From assembly GCA_973895155.1 (NCBI GenBank), contig OZ316897.1, forward strand, positions 7,616,470-7,680,469: DNA of 64,000 nucleotides. The letters are read 5' to 3'. A model generated the notes under the pieces. That model saw only the letters and a list, made by a program, of their open reading frames with translations. It was not told where the DNA came from and did no database searches. The position numbers and the translations under genes were made by a program. The DNA is from Marsupella aquatica. Taxonomy: Eukaryota > Plantae > Marchantiophyta. Of this stretch, positions 37,701 to 52,084 are shown in pieces. The number at the start of each line of letters is the position of its first letter. The first letter of the stretch is position 1.

Positions 37701-40126
37701 AAGAGTTTAGTTGTGCACATACAGTACATATTTTCACTTGCTTCTAGGTTATGAGATTCAACTCAATTAAAACCATAAATTTTGCAAAGTAAACCATGAG
37801 GGGAACTTAGTACGCCAGATGTGCAGATTGTTCAAATTCATTTCTTACACTCTCATGAGAAAAAAGAGAATTCACTAAGGAGTGATTGAAAAGGAAAGAT
37901 TAAACCCTTATGAGGGGAGTCAAATACATTCAAAATACACAAAGTTCACTAAAATTAAGAGGGGTCCTAAAGTTAATTCAAAATCAAATTAATACAAATG
38001 ATTTACCTTGTTAAGGCACATTAAAATAAAAATACTTGACAAAAAATATTAATGAGACAAAATGTGAAAGTATTCACGATATAGCAGCCTCAAAAAATGC
38101 TACTTATCCGCGTGGACCAACTGAGTGCAGAGTTTACTAGATGTTGGTTGTCCCAGCCAAGTGTAGATTAGTGGTAACAGTAGTCATTGCAGGAAGTGAG
38201 TTTTGAGTTCAAGCTTCATAACTTAACAAACCCATCACAAATGGGGTCACTAAAGCTCATTTCACACATCCCATCACACACAAGACATGATACTGAGAAA
38301 AACTGAAGATCACCTACAGTCCACCATGTCTGAGTGCAGGCTCCCAGGAAGACTTCCCAAGCCTGCACTTATCTGCGGCATGCACTATGGAATAAGTGCA
38401 TGGGGTATTCTGTATGCACTTCTCCATATGTGCATGATTGCATTATCCAACAAGGGCATGGGAAATCCCTTATGCACTTTCTCGTATTTGTTGTCAGATA
38501 ACACATATTGGACTCCTCATACTCTGAGTCTGCAAAACACTCTTTAACTAGATAACTGCATGAAATTCCTCCTTCTTCAATTGTCTGTTGCAATTATCAA
38601 TAAATGGTTCTAAAGTATGCATTTCAGTAACTAGTAATTGCATATGGACACTTATTGACATAAATCTACACACATATATATATACATATATATATATATT
38701 GTTTTTTTCGTTAAGTGAGAGTCAACCTGCTGCACTCATGTGCGGTGCATTTCCAAATGAAAGGGATGTAATATTAGGAGACTACGAGACCCGCCTGCAC
38801 TCAACCACTGAATGTATATTTTGCACTTATGCCAAGTAACTTTAACTGGAAAGAGGAGGCAACATCTAAAGTGGGAGCTGTGGGTTTTCAACAACTGTAC
38901 ACCTGAGTTAATTTTGTGTCCCCCCCCCCCCCCCCAACTGTATAGGTAAGATCCAAATACAGTTGCCATCTGTGATTATTCACTTTGTAATTTTCAGGGC
39001 ATTATCCGAGCAAGTTGCACCAATTCATTTTGTAATTTTCAGGGCATTATATCCTAGAAAATTGCACCAGAAACAAAAGCCCGGATGGACTGCTACGTTC
39101 TCCCCATCTATCCCCATGGATTGTGACAGGGGACAGACCATTTTACACCTAATTATGAGACAGCCCAACTATAAAGTTCTAGAAAATTGCACCATGGAGT
39201 TTGGATCAACTCATCATGAAGATTCTTATGTATTTGAACTAAATTTAGTAAAATGAAAATCTCTTGAGATTTCAAGTTTCAGTTCTTGCCACCAAAGCAT
39301 TATGAACAATAATAAATATACTCTCAAAGCTCTCGTCGTTTTTCAGGGCACTATATCCCACGGTGGCCCTATACATATTTAACTTTAAAGAGTTACTTTA
39401 ACTTATTCTGTGGACCGGAGGATGTAGTGAGACGCTGACACGATTCTGTGCAGAACTTCTGAATGACATTGAAATCCCCTTGAACAAGATCGACGAATCA
39501 GATGCAACGTTGCCAAAATGCTAGATACGCCAAACGTTATACATGCGTGTGGGGAATCGTGGACCATGATGGAGACCCAATTTATATCTGCCAAACTGCC
39601 AATTGCTCTCATCACCGTCACTCACGGTCCCAATTTTGTGAACCACCGCATCTGCCAAAACAGGCCTTTTCCAGAACTCTGTGATGTGATTTGGGGCATC
39701 CGGGGGTTAGGCAATTGCAGCAGGGTAATATTATTCTATTCACCAGGTAGAGAATGTTAGCATGTGTGAAGGAGAAAATACTATGTATATTCCTTATCTA
39801 GAAACCCTAAACGGACCCATTTATCTCCCTATCTTTAAGGAGAACCACAGATCGTGACAAGTGGGCCCTGTGGCTTGGTGGGAAATTTCTAGGGGGGACC
39901 TAAAATATCTGGTGACTTTTTGTGGAACGTGAAAAAGGTTATTAAGTGAGGTGGAATTTGGCTAAATTTTGCCATTACAAACAATGCAAATAACGCTGAG
40001 CTGAGGATCTGATCGGATCGCCTAGACAGAGAGACATTATACTGTCACCTAGATTCACCTAGTGTGGTTGATAGGATTGCTCGGAGGTGGCAGTTACATT
40101 TAAATGACCACTCAGTGACAGTAACT

Positions 40127-43100
40127 TGAGATACATATTTAGTGGACCATCAAATGCAACTTTTTTTCTTAATGGACCAAAAATTGCACACTCTTTTAGT
40201 GAACCCCAACGTCTAGATTCTCTCCCAATGGATCTCCGGGCCCACTCCGTACAAGCATGTTCTTGTGAAACACCTTATCACACAGTTCAGGTCCACTATG
40301 TACCCTATTGACACCATGGTTGGTCATGTGTAGTAGGTCGTCGATAATGTCGCAGTCCACAAGCATCGTAGTCCTGGCCGCAATCGAGCGCCGCAGCATC
40401 ATGGCTTCCTAGTTTTTGTGAATACAATATGGCTATTGTATTCAAAATTACAATAACCGCAATCTAGAACAATCAGAAGAATACAACATGGTCAATGTAT
40501 TCACTCTATGCATGCAATGACACGTCACGATTCTAGGTTGCGTCTGCTTTGCTAGTTTATCGTTAGGGATGAGGGCACGATCATTTGCGCGTGTATGCCT
40601 TCTCTTTGGCAAGGGTTTAGGATTTAGGTGGCGGTCGATAGGAATGGTGATTGAGAGAGGAGGGTTGTTTTAGGGATTTGACTATTGGAGACCAGGCAGC
40701 TTGTAGGCGGATCGAAGGCCTATCGAGCTGGTGAAGGGAGACTGCAAAATGAATCGGGACTGCCTGTTGGGCAATTTGGAGTGAGTGCAAAGTGATTCAG
40801 GGAGATCAACAAGTGCCTGCCTTGGTTGAGTTCAAAAATCACCATCTCTCGTCCCGCAAAGAAACCACAAAAATCGAGTAGCACCAATGTGAAGAAGACG
40901 GAAGGTGCATCATGGATTCGTTTGAGGCCTATTGCAAAGCTGAGATGGCAGATGACCAAGCAGAAAAAGAAGAATCAGCTCAAGGAAAACTATTGTGTTT
41001 CAACTTTGGGGAAGAGTGAGCCATCTGTCCCATCCAAATCGATCCTTGTTAGTCTGATTAAGGTGTCCACATTCATCCCAAGGAGGAGAAGGGTTGGGGC
41101 TGCTTGGTAGACAACAATTTCTTTGAGATGTTGGAGGAGCATGTGAGATCTGCTCCTATCACCAATGACATCTATCACTAGGCTGAGCATGTGCAGTTGC
41201 CCGTGGATAAAAAATTGCATGCTCTGCAGGTCGATTGTCAAGTATCACAGGTACTTTTTCCAATTGAAAGAGAAATGTTGCTGCCCAGTCTGGCCAACCT
41301 TCAACAGGTCAGGAGAGTAGAGACCGAGTAGAGAAGTCGTTGTTGCAGACACCTTGGAGTTTTTGAGGAAGAAGAGGGAAAGTTTGTTGTGGAAAGTGGG
41401 ACCAAAAGAAATTGATTTTGACAACACTTATCTAGACTATGTGAAGTGGAAGGAGTAGAAGCATTTGTCAGTTTCTATAGCTAGTAAAAATTGTGTGCAA
41501 GATTACAAAGGTGACGGCATGTCACAAGAAGAAGCATAGAACGCGGTGCGTACCACATTCATTTTGCTTGCCTTTGCATTTTTGTGTATACTTCAAGCAT
41601 AATGAGGAGGGGTACGAGCCCACCCCTGACAAGTTGGGATTAGAGTATCATGAGGCCTCTAACGAAGAAGATGCAACAGAGGTATAGTTCCTCTTCCCCT
41701 TCTGCTAATCATTTTTCCTGAATCTGCAGAGTTTGAAAACATTGACCATAATGTCTGCCAAACTTAAGGTTCCTTTGAATGACACAGCTCAAGCCAAAGA
41801 ATCACGGAAGAAAGGAAAGAAACCCAGGAAGCCAAAAGAACCCAAGAAGTAGCCTCCACAGACTGTTATGCCTCTTGTTGACACTCATCAAGTTGATGAG
41901 GTAAAATTTGCACTTCCAATGTAAGTACCCCATTTGTATACCATGACATCAATGTATGCACGATGGTTTAGTGCTCTTAGCCCGAGTATTGCATTTTAGG
42001 TTCCTCCTAATAAAGAAGCAAAAAACCGACCAATCAAAGCAGAAAACAACAAGAACCAAGAAATCTGCATAGCCACATTTGCCCACACCGAACGACAGTA
42101 CCATCCTTCTTGCAGATTCTCAACAAGCTAACAAGGTAACATTTACTGATCAAAGATTTTCTCAACATCTGTAAACAATATGGAGAATGTTTTCTCTTTT
42201 ATCAACACTACAAGTTCAAAAGTATGACATTTTGGTGGGGAACTTGCATACCTTGATGTTCATGTATACTTAATGTTTGAATGTGCTTGTACCCCGAGTA
42301 CTGCATTTTAGGTTCCTAAATCCAATGAAGGACCTAAACCCGACCAATCTAAGAGGAAATCAACAAGAACCAAGAAAATTGGTACAACCAAATAAGCCCG
42401 CGCTTGAGGTAACCTTCTTTTCAGTAGGCCCTAGAGGAACATTCCACAGTAGACATAGTGGTAAATGTATTTTATGTGCAGCAATACTTATTTGATTTAA
42501 ACATCCAATAACCTTTGCAATTACAAGGACCAAAGGAAGGAGAGCAGGCAACGGCAACCGCAGAGATGAAAACAAGTCAACATAGACGTTCAAAGAGGAA
42601 GCAAAACACTGCTCGGACTGCCGAAGAGAAAATTGCCCAAACAAAAAAGATGACCAAAAACAAAACCAAGGTAAGTACAAATAATTGTGTACCTCGCTGG
42701 CAATAATATATAGGGACTAAACACATGATTGACTTGATACTGATTTCACCCTTACAATTGCAGGATTCATCTGAACAAACGGAGGATGTCGATGCTCAAC
42801 CAGGACCAGAGGAGAAAATGCTATCGATACTGAGGGTATTGCCCTTCCACCGAATGTGTTTGCAATCCCATCAGGAGAGGTGACTGCAACGGTAGGGTTG
42901 AGCACACCTCCTTTAATTGATTTTGGTGGCTACAATTCATTGGTAAGATACGTTTGTTCACTGATTGCTTTCATATGTGAATTTGCAGGAGTACTAGAAA
43001 CCATCTTATGTGCAACCAGCAAGTAGACCTCGGACAAAGTTGGCAGTTCGTGGGCCATTGCACAAGGCGCAAAGTGAATTTGTAATCCTGGGGTCTGCAT

Positions 43101-44290
43101 CTGAACAAAAGGTCACTGTGCAGGAGGATGACATTTTGGATTCCTTGCACGCATCAAAAATTCTCCAAGACTGTAGCCAGGCTGATGTTAGCTCTTTCCA
43201 CAAGGCAATTGATATAATCATGACTAATGTGGATGAAGTTTAGGGTACAATTAGCAATATCTGACGGATAGTTTAGGGTATCTAGCCCTATTTAGTCACC
43301 AATGTATTCGTGATAATAAATATGAAATGATGCTTCATTTCTTGCTCTCTTTGAAGACTGTACAACATGATCTGTTCAGGAATCTATTCCAAAAATGGTC
43401 AGAGTAGACAAGAATGCACAAACCATGATTGGATGGTATACATGCCACACAATGTATTCATTACTCACACTGCAAAAATGGTATTCATGACTCCGCAACC
43501 TACAAATGGACAAAACCATTTTTACCTTGGATACACAGTGGATATTGTATTCAAAGATCGCACTTAAACAAAGTCAGGACTCCCCTGCCTTACATATAGG
43601 CAGCAAGGCTTGCTATAAGAACAAAACCAAAACCTGTTCAACATAGAATGATATATGTGTGTCTTGCATACAATATGCATTGTTGTATTCACATTTCCCT
43701 TGACTTTACGACGAAGACACCCCCTATCGAAGCCTTCCCAAATGGACAAAACTTATCGTATTACAACACAGAAATATGATTTGTCATGTATACACTTTGC
43801 ACGTTGTATTCGGATTTTCACGCTTAGAAAAAAAATTGTCCCTCCGACTTTACGAAGACACCCCCCGCCGAAGCCTGCTCAAATGGACAAAAACTATTGT
43901 ATTTCAACATAGAAATATGATTTGTCATGTATACACTTTGCACGCTATATTTAGATTTCACACTTAGAAGAAAAATTCCCCCGCCAAAGTGACGGTTCAT
44001 GTTTGTATGCATTGTGGTCAATGTATACATTGCAGGATACATTGATTCACTCGGAATTGCGATCGTAGTCGACCGCGTTCGACGATTCAGTCGGACACTG
44101 AAGAACAATAGAACATGTTGCATTTTACAGTGATAATCTTGCATTATAAGAACTGCACAATGTGTTAGAAGAACATCTCACACAAAATGGCACCTCTGGT
44201 GGGCCCGGAGGTCCATTGGGAGGGCGTGTGCAACTTTTGGTCCATTAAGAGAAAAAGTTGCATTTGGAGGTCCACTAAGTATATCTCTCC
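40127..44290. mobile_element. Non-autonomous MULE-like element with long TIRs and decayed spliced internal ORF
   Basis: Left TGAGATACATATTTAGTGGACCATCAAATGCAACTTTTTTTCTTAATGGACCAAAAATTGCACAC; right reverse complement GGAGAGATATACTTAGTGGACCTCCAAATGCAACTTTTTCTCTTAATGGACCAAAAGTTGCACAC. No TSD recognised. Confidence 0.7.
43701..43985 (+). repeat. Tandem repeat ~145 bp x2
   Basis: GACTTTACG...AAATGGACAAAA...AGAAATATGATTTGTCATGTATACACTTTGCACG at 43701 and 43846. Confidence 0.9.
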
Positions 44291-45772
44291 ATGATGAGGT
44301 AAGGATAAAGTTCTGGGTTTGTCAAAATGCTGCCATGGGTTTTTGCAAATCAGATGGACCACATTTTACTAATGTCACAGGGAATAGTATAGTCCATCAA
44401 GATTGATTGGTTTCTGTTTACACTCGATGGGAAGCATTGTATTGCAGAATAATATGAACATAGGAATATATATAAAATTTTACAAAATACAGATTAGGGG
44501 AGAATCACAAGAAGAACTGGTCATCTTCTTGTCACCAAAGGGCTATTTGGTGGTGGTTGTGGTATTCTTTTGGCGTGGATTAACAACAGAGGGTTTCATT
44601 GTTCTCGAACATGAAATTACAATATATCATGTGCAATTGAGAGCATACGTTTCTTTCATTTACGTGACCATGTCTGAAGTCACAGTACCCAGGATGGAGA
44701 CAGTAATGTACCCAGATCTTATGTTGTGTGGCACAAGGTCTCAAAGTTTGGTTTCCCTCCGTGTAAAGTAGGCAAACAAGGCTTCAAACGTTGTTTGATT
44801 GGTGTCCAACTGTCCATGGCTGGAGTCACTATTCCCTAGACAATGTGGGTCCGATCCTATTTTTATAATTGAAAGCATTTACCAACAAAAAGGTCAAACA
44901 CACACACACACTGTCCATGGGGCCCATCAACCGCATGCCTGTCCAACGTTTGCCTTTCCTCTGTTTATCCAGTAACTTGAGTACAATCAAACAGTATAAT
45001 ATATTGATCGTGTCTGATCTTGGTCCAGTCTGTTTTTTAAGATTTTTTCTTTTTCGGGAGGGTTAATTTTGAATGATTTTCCTTTCTGGCCAAATGGCAC
45101 TTTGTGTGAAGGAGAAGGTGCTAAGACTCTTTATCTAATTTTGATAAAATTTTGACAGTTAGATCTCCGTACATTTAAGGATAACCTCCAGATTCTAGCG
45201 CATGGAGAACTGGCTATAAGGAAGACCCAAGGAAAAAAAAAATATATATATATATTGCCAAAAGTGATGAACACTTTCCGGAGTGTAATCTCTCAAATTA
45301 ACGCCACTAAAAAAAAGCTGATCAGGTCTGTCATCTACTGCAGGTGAAGGTCTCGAAAAGGGTCCCTCCAAAAGTTGCATGCACGCTGATGAATCTTCCT
45401 TGCTGGTTGCATGAGTAATTGGGTACCCTTGCGCTATTTGGACCGGCGTACATTTGGGTTTATGTTGCTCGCCCGCCCAATCTCTTGGATAGACAAGTCC
45501 AGCCATTTTATGTATTTGTAGATTAAGCTGACGATCAAATTGATTCGGACTTAGGATGACGAAACGCTGTCCATGGCTGGCCTGGCTGTTCGGTGCAGCA
45601 TTACCTCTCGACATACCAGCAAAGCTTTCGAGTTGTGGGGATAAGTGAGAGTTGTGGGGATAAGTGAAGAACTAAATAGGGGGGTGACATGTACATTAGA
45701 CTCACTTCTACCGGTCACTTGTTTTGCAATTAATGTTGAGTGAACATTGACCAGAACCAGCAGGTTCCTTTC

Positions 45773-45870
45773 CTTGAATGAAAAAATTATAAATGTCACT
45801 AGATACTAGTGAACCCGTTCCTCTCCTTGAATGAAAAAATTCTAAATGTCACTAGATACTAGTAAACCCC
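45773..45870 (+). repeat. Direct repeat ~45 bp x2
   Basis: CCTTGAATGAAAAAATT.TAAATGTCACTAGATACTAGT.AACCC twice, with a partial third copy at ~45923. Confidence 0.8.
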
Positions 45871-48800
45871 ACTTTTTGGGGAGGATGTGTGTTAATTCTC
45901 GGGTGGAATCAAAACGAATACTAATGTCACTAGAGACCTCTGGACCCCACTTTTGGGGGGATCTCTGTTGAAAAGGAAAACAGCACAGGCAAGATTCGAA
46001 CCCACACCCTCTCTCATCACACTCTCACCCATCTTCCACCAGGACATGGCCTGCTGGACGTTACCAATGGCGCCTTTGACGTATTTAACTGGATTCTACG
46101 CGCAGCTAACTTGCACTGACCAGCCGGCAGCGACCGCCTGCACAACGGACAGCATTCAATTCGATTCCCGTGACTTATAGAAGGAAATTACATTAGCCTG
46201 ATTATGTACACTAGTCTGATTAAGGAACTTAAATAGAAATGAAGACCAACAAGAATCTTCCAAAAAAAGAAATTAAATGCTATCTCCTGTTTATATTTGC
46301 CCCATCCCCATTTTTTGTTCACCTTCACTTTGTCCTTAGTTAAAGTCCTGTTTTGTCCTTATTTTTTATTCAAGTTTTGTCCTTGTTTGGAGTTACCATC
46401 AAGAGGCTTCACTCCAGACGCTAGCCCTTGCAAGTAACTTATGTTTGCAATTTATAGTGAGATACCGGAGTAAGATGCCAATATCAATAATTAGTGGCCT
46501 TAAAACTATAACGCCCAACAAAGGCTCACCTAAACCTAAATTTAGAACCTCAATTTTTTCTCCATTGACCCTCCCACTCACTTTCTTTCTTTCTTTCTTT
46601 CTTTCTTTCCTGCTCCAATACCAATTCACTTTTTTTCTTTTTCTTTTCCCTTCAATCATTCTCTTTCATCTGATTGGTTTCATGAGGGTCATCAATTTTT
46701 TTAGAAATTTGGATGTTTTTCAAATATGTTTAGTGAGTAGGTCTCCCAGCTGGGCAGCAACAAAAAAAACATTACAGCCCAACCAGAATTGAGACGACAT
46801 AATTGTGGCTAAAAACCTCATTTGATACACTAGGGATGCACCCAATTACCATTTTAGTTTACTGTATAAGCACTATATATTTCAAGCTGCCAAAAATAAA
46901 GGGCTCTTAATCAAGGGGGGACAACCAAAGGGCCAAGAAAGGCCAGGAATTAAGCACGGCTTCTTTGTTATTTGGGATTTAGCTTCTTTGACTTTTTACA
47001 CTCAGGAACAGTAAAGCTTTGAAATCACAAACATGCATGTTCAGGCTTGGGGCAAAAACTGATGACATGCCAGAATTTTGCAAAGGACTTGTCATGGGGG
47101 TTTATACAATATTATTTCAAGGCTATCTCTTTTCTATAATTTCCCATTTTCAAAATTAATGACTGATAGATCTTGTTAAGTAAAGCTTTGAAGATAATTG
47201 GAAAATGCAAACAAGGAAAATTAGGTACTTGTTGATCCTTGAGACAAACAAACTTACTTAATGTTTCTTGCAGCTCAAAGCTTGGCTCAAAGTTTACAGA
47301 TGGAGACCCCCAAACTCTTGGTTCTGCCATCTGGGTGTGGATAAATGGGGAATAGAGTGCACAGGCGTGACTCAAAGTCTTGACCTGTGAACAGGTTGCA
47401 CTAGGAAGATTTCTATCTTGCCAAATAACTTTGCGAAACATTTGTTTCAATTCATATTTAGCCACAAGCACTCTCCATAATTTCCCCCTCGACACAGACT
47501 TTGACCAAACTTTTTAAATGGGAACACGCCTGCCCGATGAGCTTATGAGCCATTGAATGTGGATGCTGGTAGACTGAAGTTTGAAGAATCAAAAGCTGTG
47601 GTCACAGCTTGGAGTTTGCTCATAGGCTCCCACACCTTGGAGCTCTTTGGTGGCAACTTGATATCCACAAGACTGGGCCAGTGTCACCTTTCTTGTCCTC
47701 TCCGAGACCCTACAAAACAAAGACCACTACGTTAACAGTTTGCTTTTCATTTTTCTGAGAAGAAAGTTCATGAAAAGCTGAACCGGCCTGTGCTCTCTTG
47801 AAGTCCTCCTGGGATCCTTTTCAAATAGCAGCCCTCTCAAACCTGATCCCCCTAACCACTATTGTACTCCCCTGGATTCCCTTCCCCCAATCTGTGGCGT
47901 ACTTTTGACTCTTGCCCTGTCTTGGATTGCCCCACAGATCTTAGGAGGTTTTCAAAAGCTTTGAAGGACCCCATTCCTTTTTTGTTGACTCCTCCCTCCC
48001 CTGCCAACAAAATCAAAACAAACAGAGCTTATTATGAAAAGTTTTGTTGGGGGTACTTGTAAGTCAAAGTGCTACACAAACACAACACTCTACATCTTGA
48101 CCAAGTTACCCCTTTAAGTGACATATGGTTCAATCTTACGATGACCTGTGCCATGCCATAGAAAGGGAAAATACACCCTACAGTAATTCCCCTCTACTAT
48201 TTCCTTGGAACAACTATCTCGTGAACATAGAAAAGTAAACCTGGATGGGTGGCAGGTTGGTTGTGAAGCCTGGGTGGACTGCCATTGAATGGATGGTGCA
48301 AAACATCTTCAAAGACTTGGGTGGCACCTTTTCCAATTTTGTCTGGAATATGACATGTAATTTACCTGAATGTTTGCAGCTGGTTTCAGTTAATATAGCA
48401 GGTGGTAAGTCATTGCTCATGTCAACATTACTCAGAGCATCCATTTGGGCTTTTTTTCCACTAACATACCTTATCATTATTGAAAGTGGAAAATTAAATC
48501 TCATGGACCCAGGTACTGTTTGTCTATATAAATTACTATTTTCTCTTAAAAGTGCACTAAAAAGACCCTATTCCTTTTGAGTGGTGCCCCCCTCCTCCAG
48601 TCATATCAATTCAGTAGGGCGTCTTGGGGTTTCTCTACATGGCGTATGTGTAGTTGATTGGAACTATACTAGAAAATTACAACACATTGGGGTGTTCCCT
48701 TCAAGCCAGATGTGAAGCTTAGGTTCAGTCCTTCTCTTTCAGAAAATGGATTTTGTTATAATAACAATAACTATTTTGGGATTTTTTGTTTGTTTGTTTG

Positions 48801-49606
48801 CAGGGGGGAAAAACACAAAGACCCCAAAGCCAATTGAACTTAGTCATAGATGTGATCCCCCGCAAAAACATACAAATAACTAAGCTACTAGGCGACATGA
48901 GAAAGCAATGTACTATGCATCATAATAAGCTGTTGTTGATGTTTGACAATTATATGTGACTATTCTACTTTTTGGCACGGAAGAAAGTTCCAAAATTTTT
49001 GATAATACTAACAATTGGGGGGGGGGATCAAAAGAACAAAATTAAACCAGGGTCAGGCCTTTGACTCCACAACACTCATTTGTTAGAAAAGTCAAAAGAG
49101 AAAGCTTTTCAACCAGGCAGTATGTTGAACATTATTGACTAATTCTGGTAATCTGGATCCACCAGGTTCTGCCTTGGAGAGGGTGTAGCAAGCCAATGGC
49201 ATGAGAGCGCAGGCACGAAGGAACCAAACTGGGCAGACAAAATAGCACCAACACAGACCAATAGTTGCCATCAATACAAATATACAAAGGACTTGTTGCT
49301 GAGCATAAGCACATATATCACATCTAGAGGATGACTTTACATAAGCCTGTGGAGCCCAAATCACAACCAATTCCCATCATTCCTTTGAAAGCAATGATAC
49401 CAGGGAAGCTGTGTAGAGTAGGGTTTAGGGAAGAATGAATTTTTTTCCTCTTAAACAACCAAAGTTCGTTCCCATTAAGAGTTTGTGAGACCTAAAAGAT
49501 TGTTCTAACATACTTTGAGATAGTTAAGCTAACATATCTCAAATTTCAAGCCTTTACCGACATGCTTAGGTCAGGTGAAAGGAATTTTTAATACATCCTC
49601 AGGTAT

Positions 49607-51416
49607 TGTGATGTTTGTATCATCAACAGTGCAATAATCAATTCTAAAATATATAACAAAACAACCAAAAGCCGGAGGCGTAAAGATAGGATTAGGCGAG
49701 CCTTAAATTGTCTATTCTCCTCTCACCACTTAGCAATCTATGACTAAGTTTGGCATTATTAAGAGTCAAGAGAGAATTTGACTAAATTAGCCTGATGCCT
49801 AAAGCTAATCTCTAAAGCCAACCATCTAAGAATCTGTAAAAGATATATGGAAATAAGCCCGTATTAACTTTATGGCCAAATCGAAACAAGGCAGTACTCA
49901 TCACTCCGAACAAGCTTCCTCTTTTAATCAACTCTCCAGATTGCTCTTCTGGATCTATGGTAATTGTGAGTTCTCGTCTGGCGCATCTTCCAAAAATACT
50001 TGATAAGTATTCCAAACACTCAAGTCAATTCAGATCTTTGCATGAACTCAAGCCTGGGTTTTCAGTCAATCTGAATATTGGCAAGGCATTGCTAGTCACA
50101 TCAAACAGATTCTAGCAAGTATGGTCACGCACTAAATTCCAAACACAAGTCATAGATTACCAAAGATAAATATGAATCTCTTACTTCTCTTCAAAGAAGG
50201 AGACTTTCACAAGTGCAATGTAAGTCTAAATGTCAAGGAAGAAACTCTCTCTTATATAGCATAGAGATCCCCTTGAAAAAATGTATGAAAAGACATGTCT
50301 TTTCATGATACAAAAACTGATACAATATTACTAAATAAAACTAGCTATACTATGTGAAAGGGGAGAGCATATCTCTCCCTTCCTTTCCTACAAAAAAAAG
50401 GAAAAGGGTCAGAACTATGGCGGAAAACATATTTCCGGTTCAACCTCCTTTGTAATGTAGAGTCTGGTTGAGCCTCCTTTGTAAAATAACAGAATCCGGT
50501 TGAACCGTCTGTGGGTTTAACTATGGTTTGAGGGACCTCTGATCCTTCAGGAATCTCTTGAATGACAGTAGGGGTAGGAGGTTGGCTCTTGGCTTTCTCA
50601 GCAGATTGGGGTTGCAATCACATAGCCAATTCAGTGGTGTACTACTTAGGTAAAATGTAGGAGTGTACCAAGAGTAGTCACAATGACGATTGAGTCTCTC
50701 CATCTTCCAATGAATGGGTATATATTTTCATAGTATCCTTTCATACTTACTCAACCATTTTGATTGGGTAAGGTCCTTAGCCATGGATCATGCTTCCTAT
50801 TGGTCCAAATTCATTCTTGAAAGTCTAATAGTGTGGAAATAACGTTTAAAAATCTTCATTCCATTATTTGTCCGGAAATTTTGGATATCTTTTGGTTGCA
50901 CCGGTTGGAGTCTCATAATATTAAGTGGGTCATTTAGAATCCATTTTTAGACTTCTTTATATATATCTTAACCGCCTCGGAAAGAGCTTTCCAACACACT
51001 TTACAGATCTTGATTTGGATAAATGGTTTGAGAATTATGGTAATTTTTCTACCGGATGGTATGTCCAAACCGGATCAAAAATCGGCTCAAAAACCGGATG
51101 GAAACCGGTTCAAATTCTGGATGGAATAACTCCTCAATTTCCATCATTTAGTTGGTGTAATTTTTCCCATGAACTACTGGAAGGTGGGGCAACACAACCT
51201 TCATAAAAGTTTGAGCTACTTGTTACTAAAATGCACTGATTAATTCACCTTAGAATTAGCCGTCTAACTCAAATTTGTGAAAAGTTGGACCTCGATTCCA
51301 AAGCCAAACCTTTCCTTGAGGGGTTAGATCTCTCCTCGCTATCAAATTTTCCCAATACCAATCCATTTATGATTTTATTCATCTTTCACTATTGAGTCGG
51401 ATGAGGGACCATAACA
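49607..51416. mobile_element. Possible large (Gypsy-type) LTR fragment
   Basis: TG...CA-like ends and LTR-like composition with a CTTATATAG TATA-like site (~50250); no TSD found. Confidence 0.3.
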
Positions 51417-52084
51417 TCTTTACATGCACCTTGGCATGATTCAAGCTTAATGTACTCACAGATGCTTAAATAGTCATTCAAGGTCCTCAACATGGTCATT
51501 GGAAACCATTTGTTTCATATTAGATAACTTTGATATCCTTAAGGGCTTAACCCCTCTATTACAAGCTGGAAGAGTAGCAGACGAGGCAGCAGTCAAGCAG
51601 GTCAAGTTGGGCTGGTTAATCCAAAGGGAAAAGGAGGGGGGAACTAAAAAGGATTAACCAGACCTTATTTAGTTTAAGTCCTTGAGTTTTATTCATGGAA
51701 CACCATATATGTTGTCACATGTTGATGTGCAATAACCGGGCCACTCTTTCGCCTTCTGCAGTGAACAAGGTTGTTGAGAAGCTCTACATCACATGGAGTA
51801 TGCACCATGCCCTCAAGATAGATGTTGAAAAGCAATGTAGACCCAAAATTGATTGATTACTCCTCAGGCACAAAAGGCTGACCTTCTGAGCAGCAGCCAG
51901 TTGACTTACATTGATTGCTTATTAGGTGTTGTTGGTATTGTGGAGCAAATAATCAACCAAACAGCCAATTACCTTGCTCTGATTGGACAGGTCCTCAAAC
52001 TCAACAAGGGCTCTTTCAAGAGGAGATCATTTTTATTACCCTACACATTTCTATTCCTTGTATGAGGTGTCAGGTCACACACTT

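Noticed and set aside
35000-40100. Numerous short ORFs, including 36149-36589
   Set aside because: No recognisable motifs; consistent with chance ORFs in intergenic or decayed TE DNA.
45985-46078. tRNA gene or SINE head (minus-strand GGTTCGAATC B-box; similar sites at ~59195 and ~31879)
   Set aside because: No cloverleaf, tail or TSD could be established; at most degenerate SINE fragments.
46800-48700. Possible LINE remnant
   Set aside because: No convincing RT or endonuclease motifs were found.
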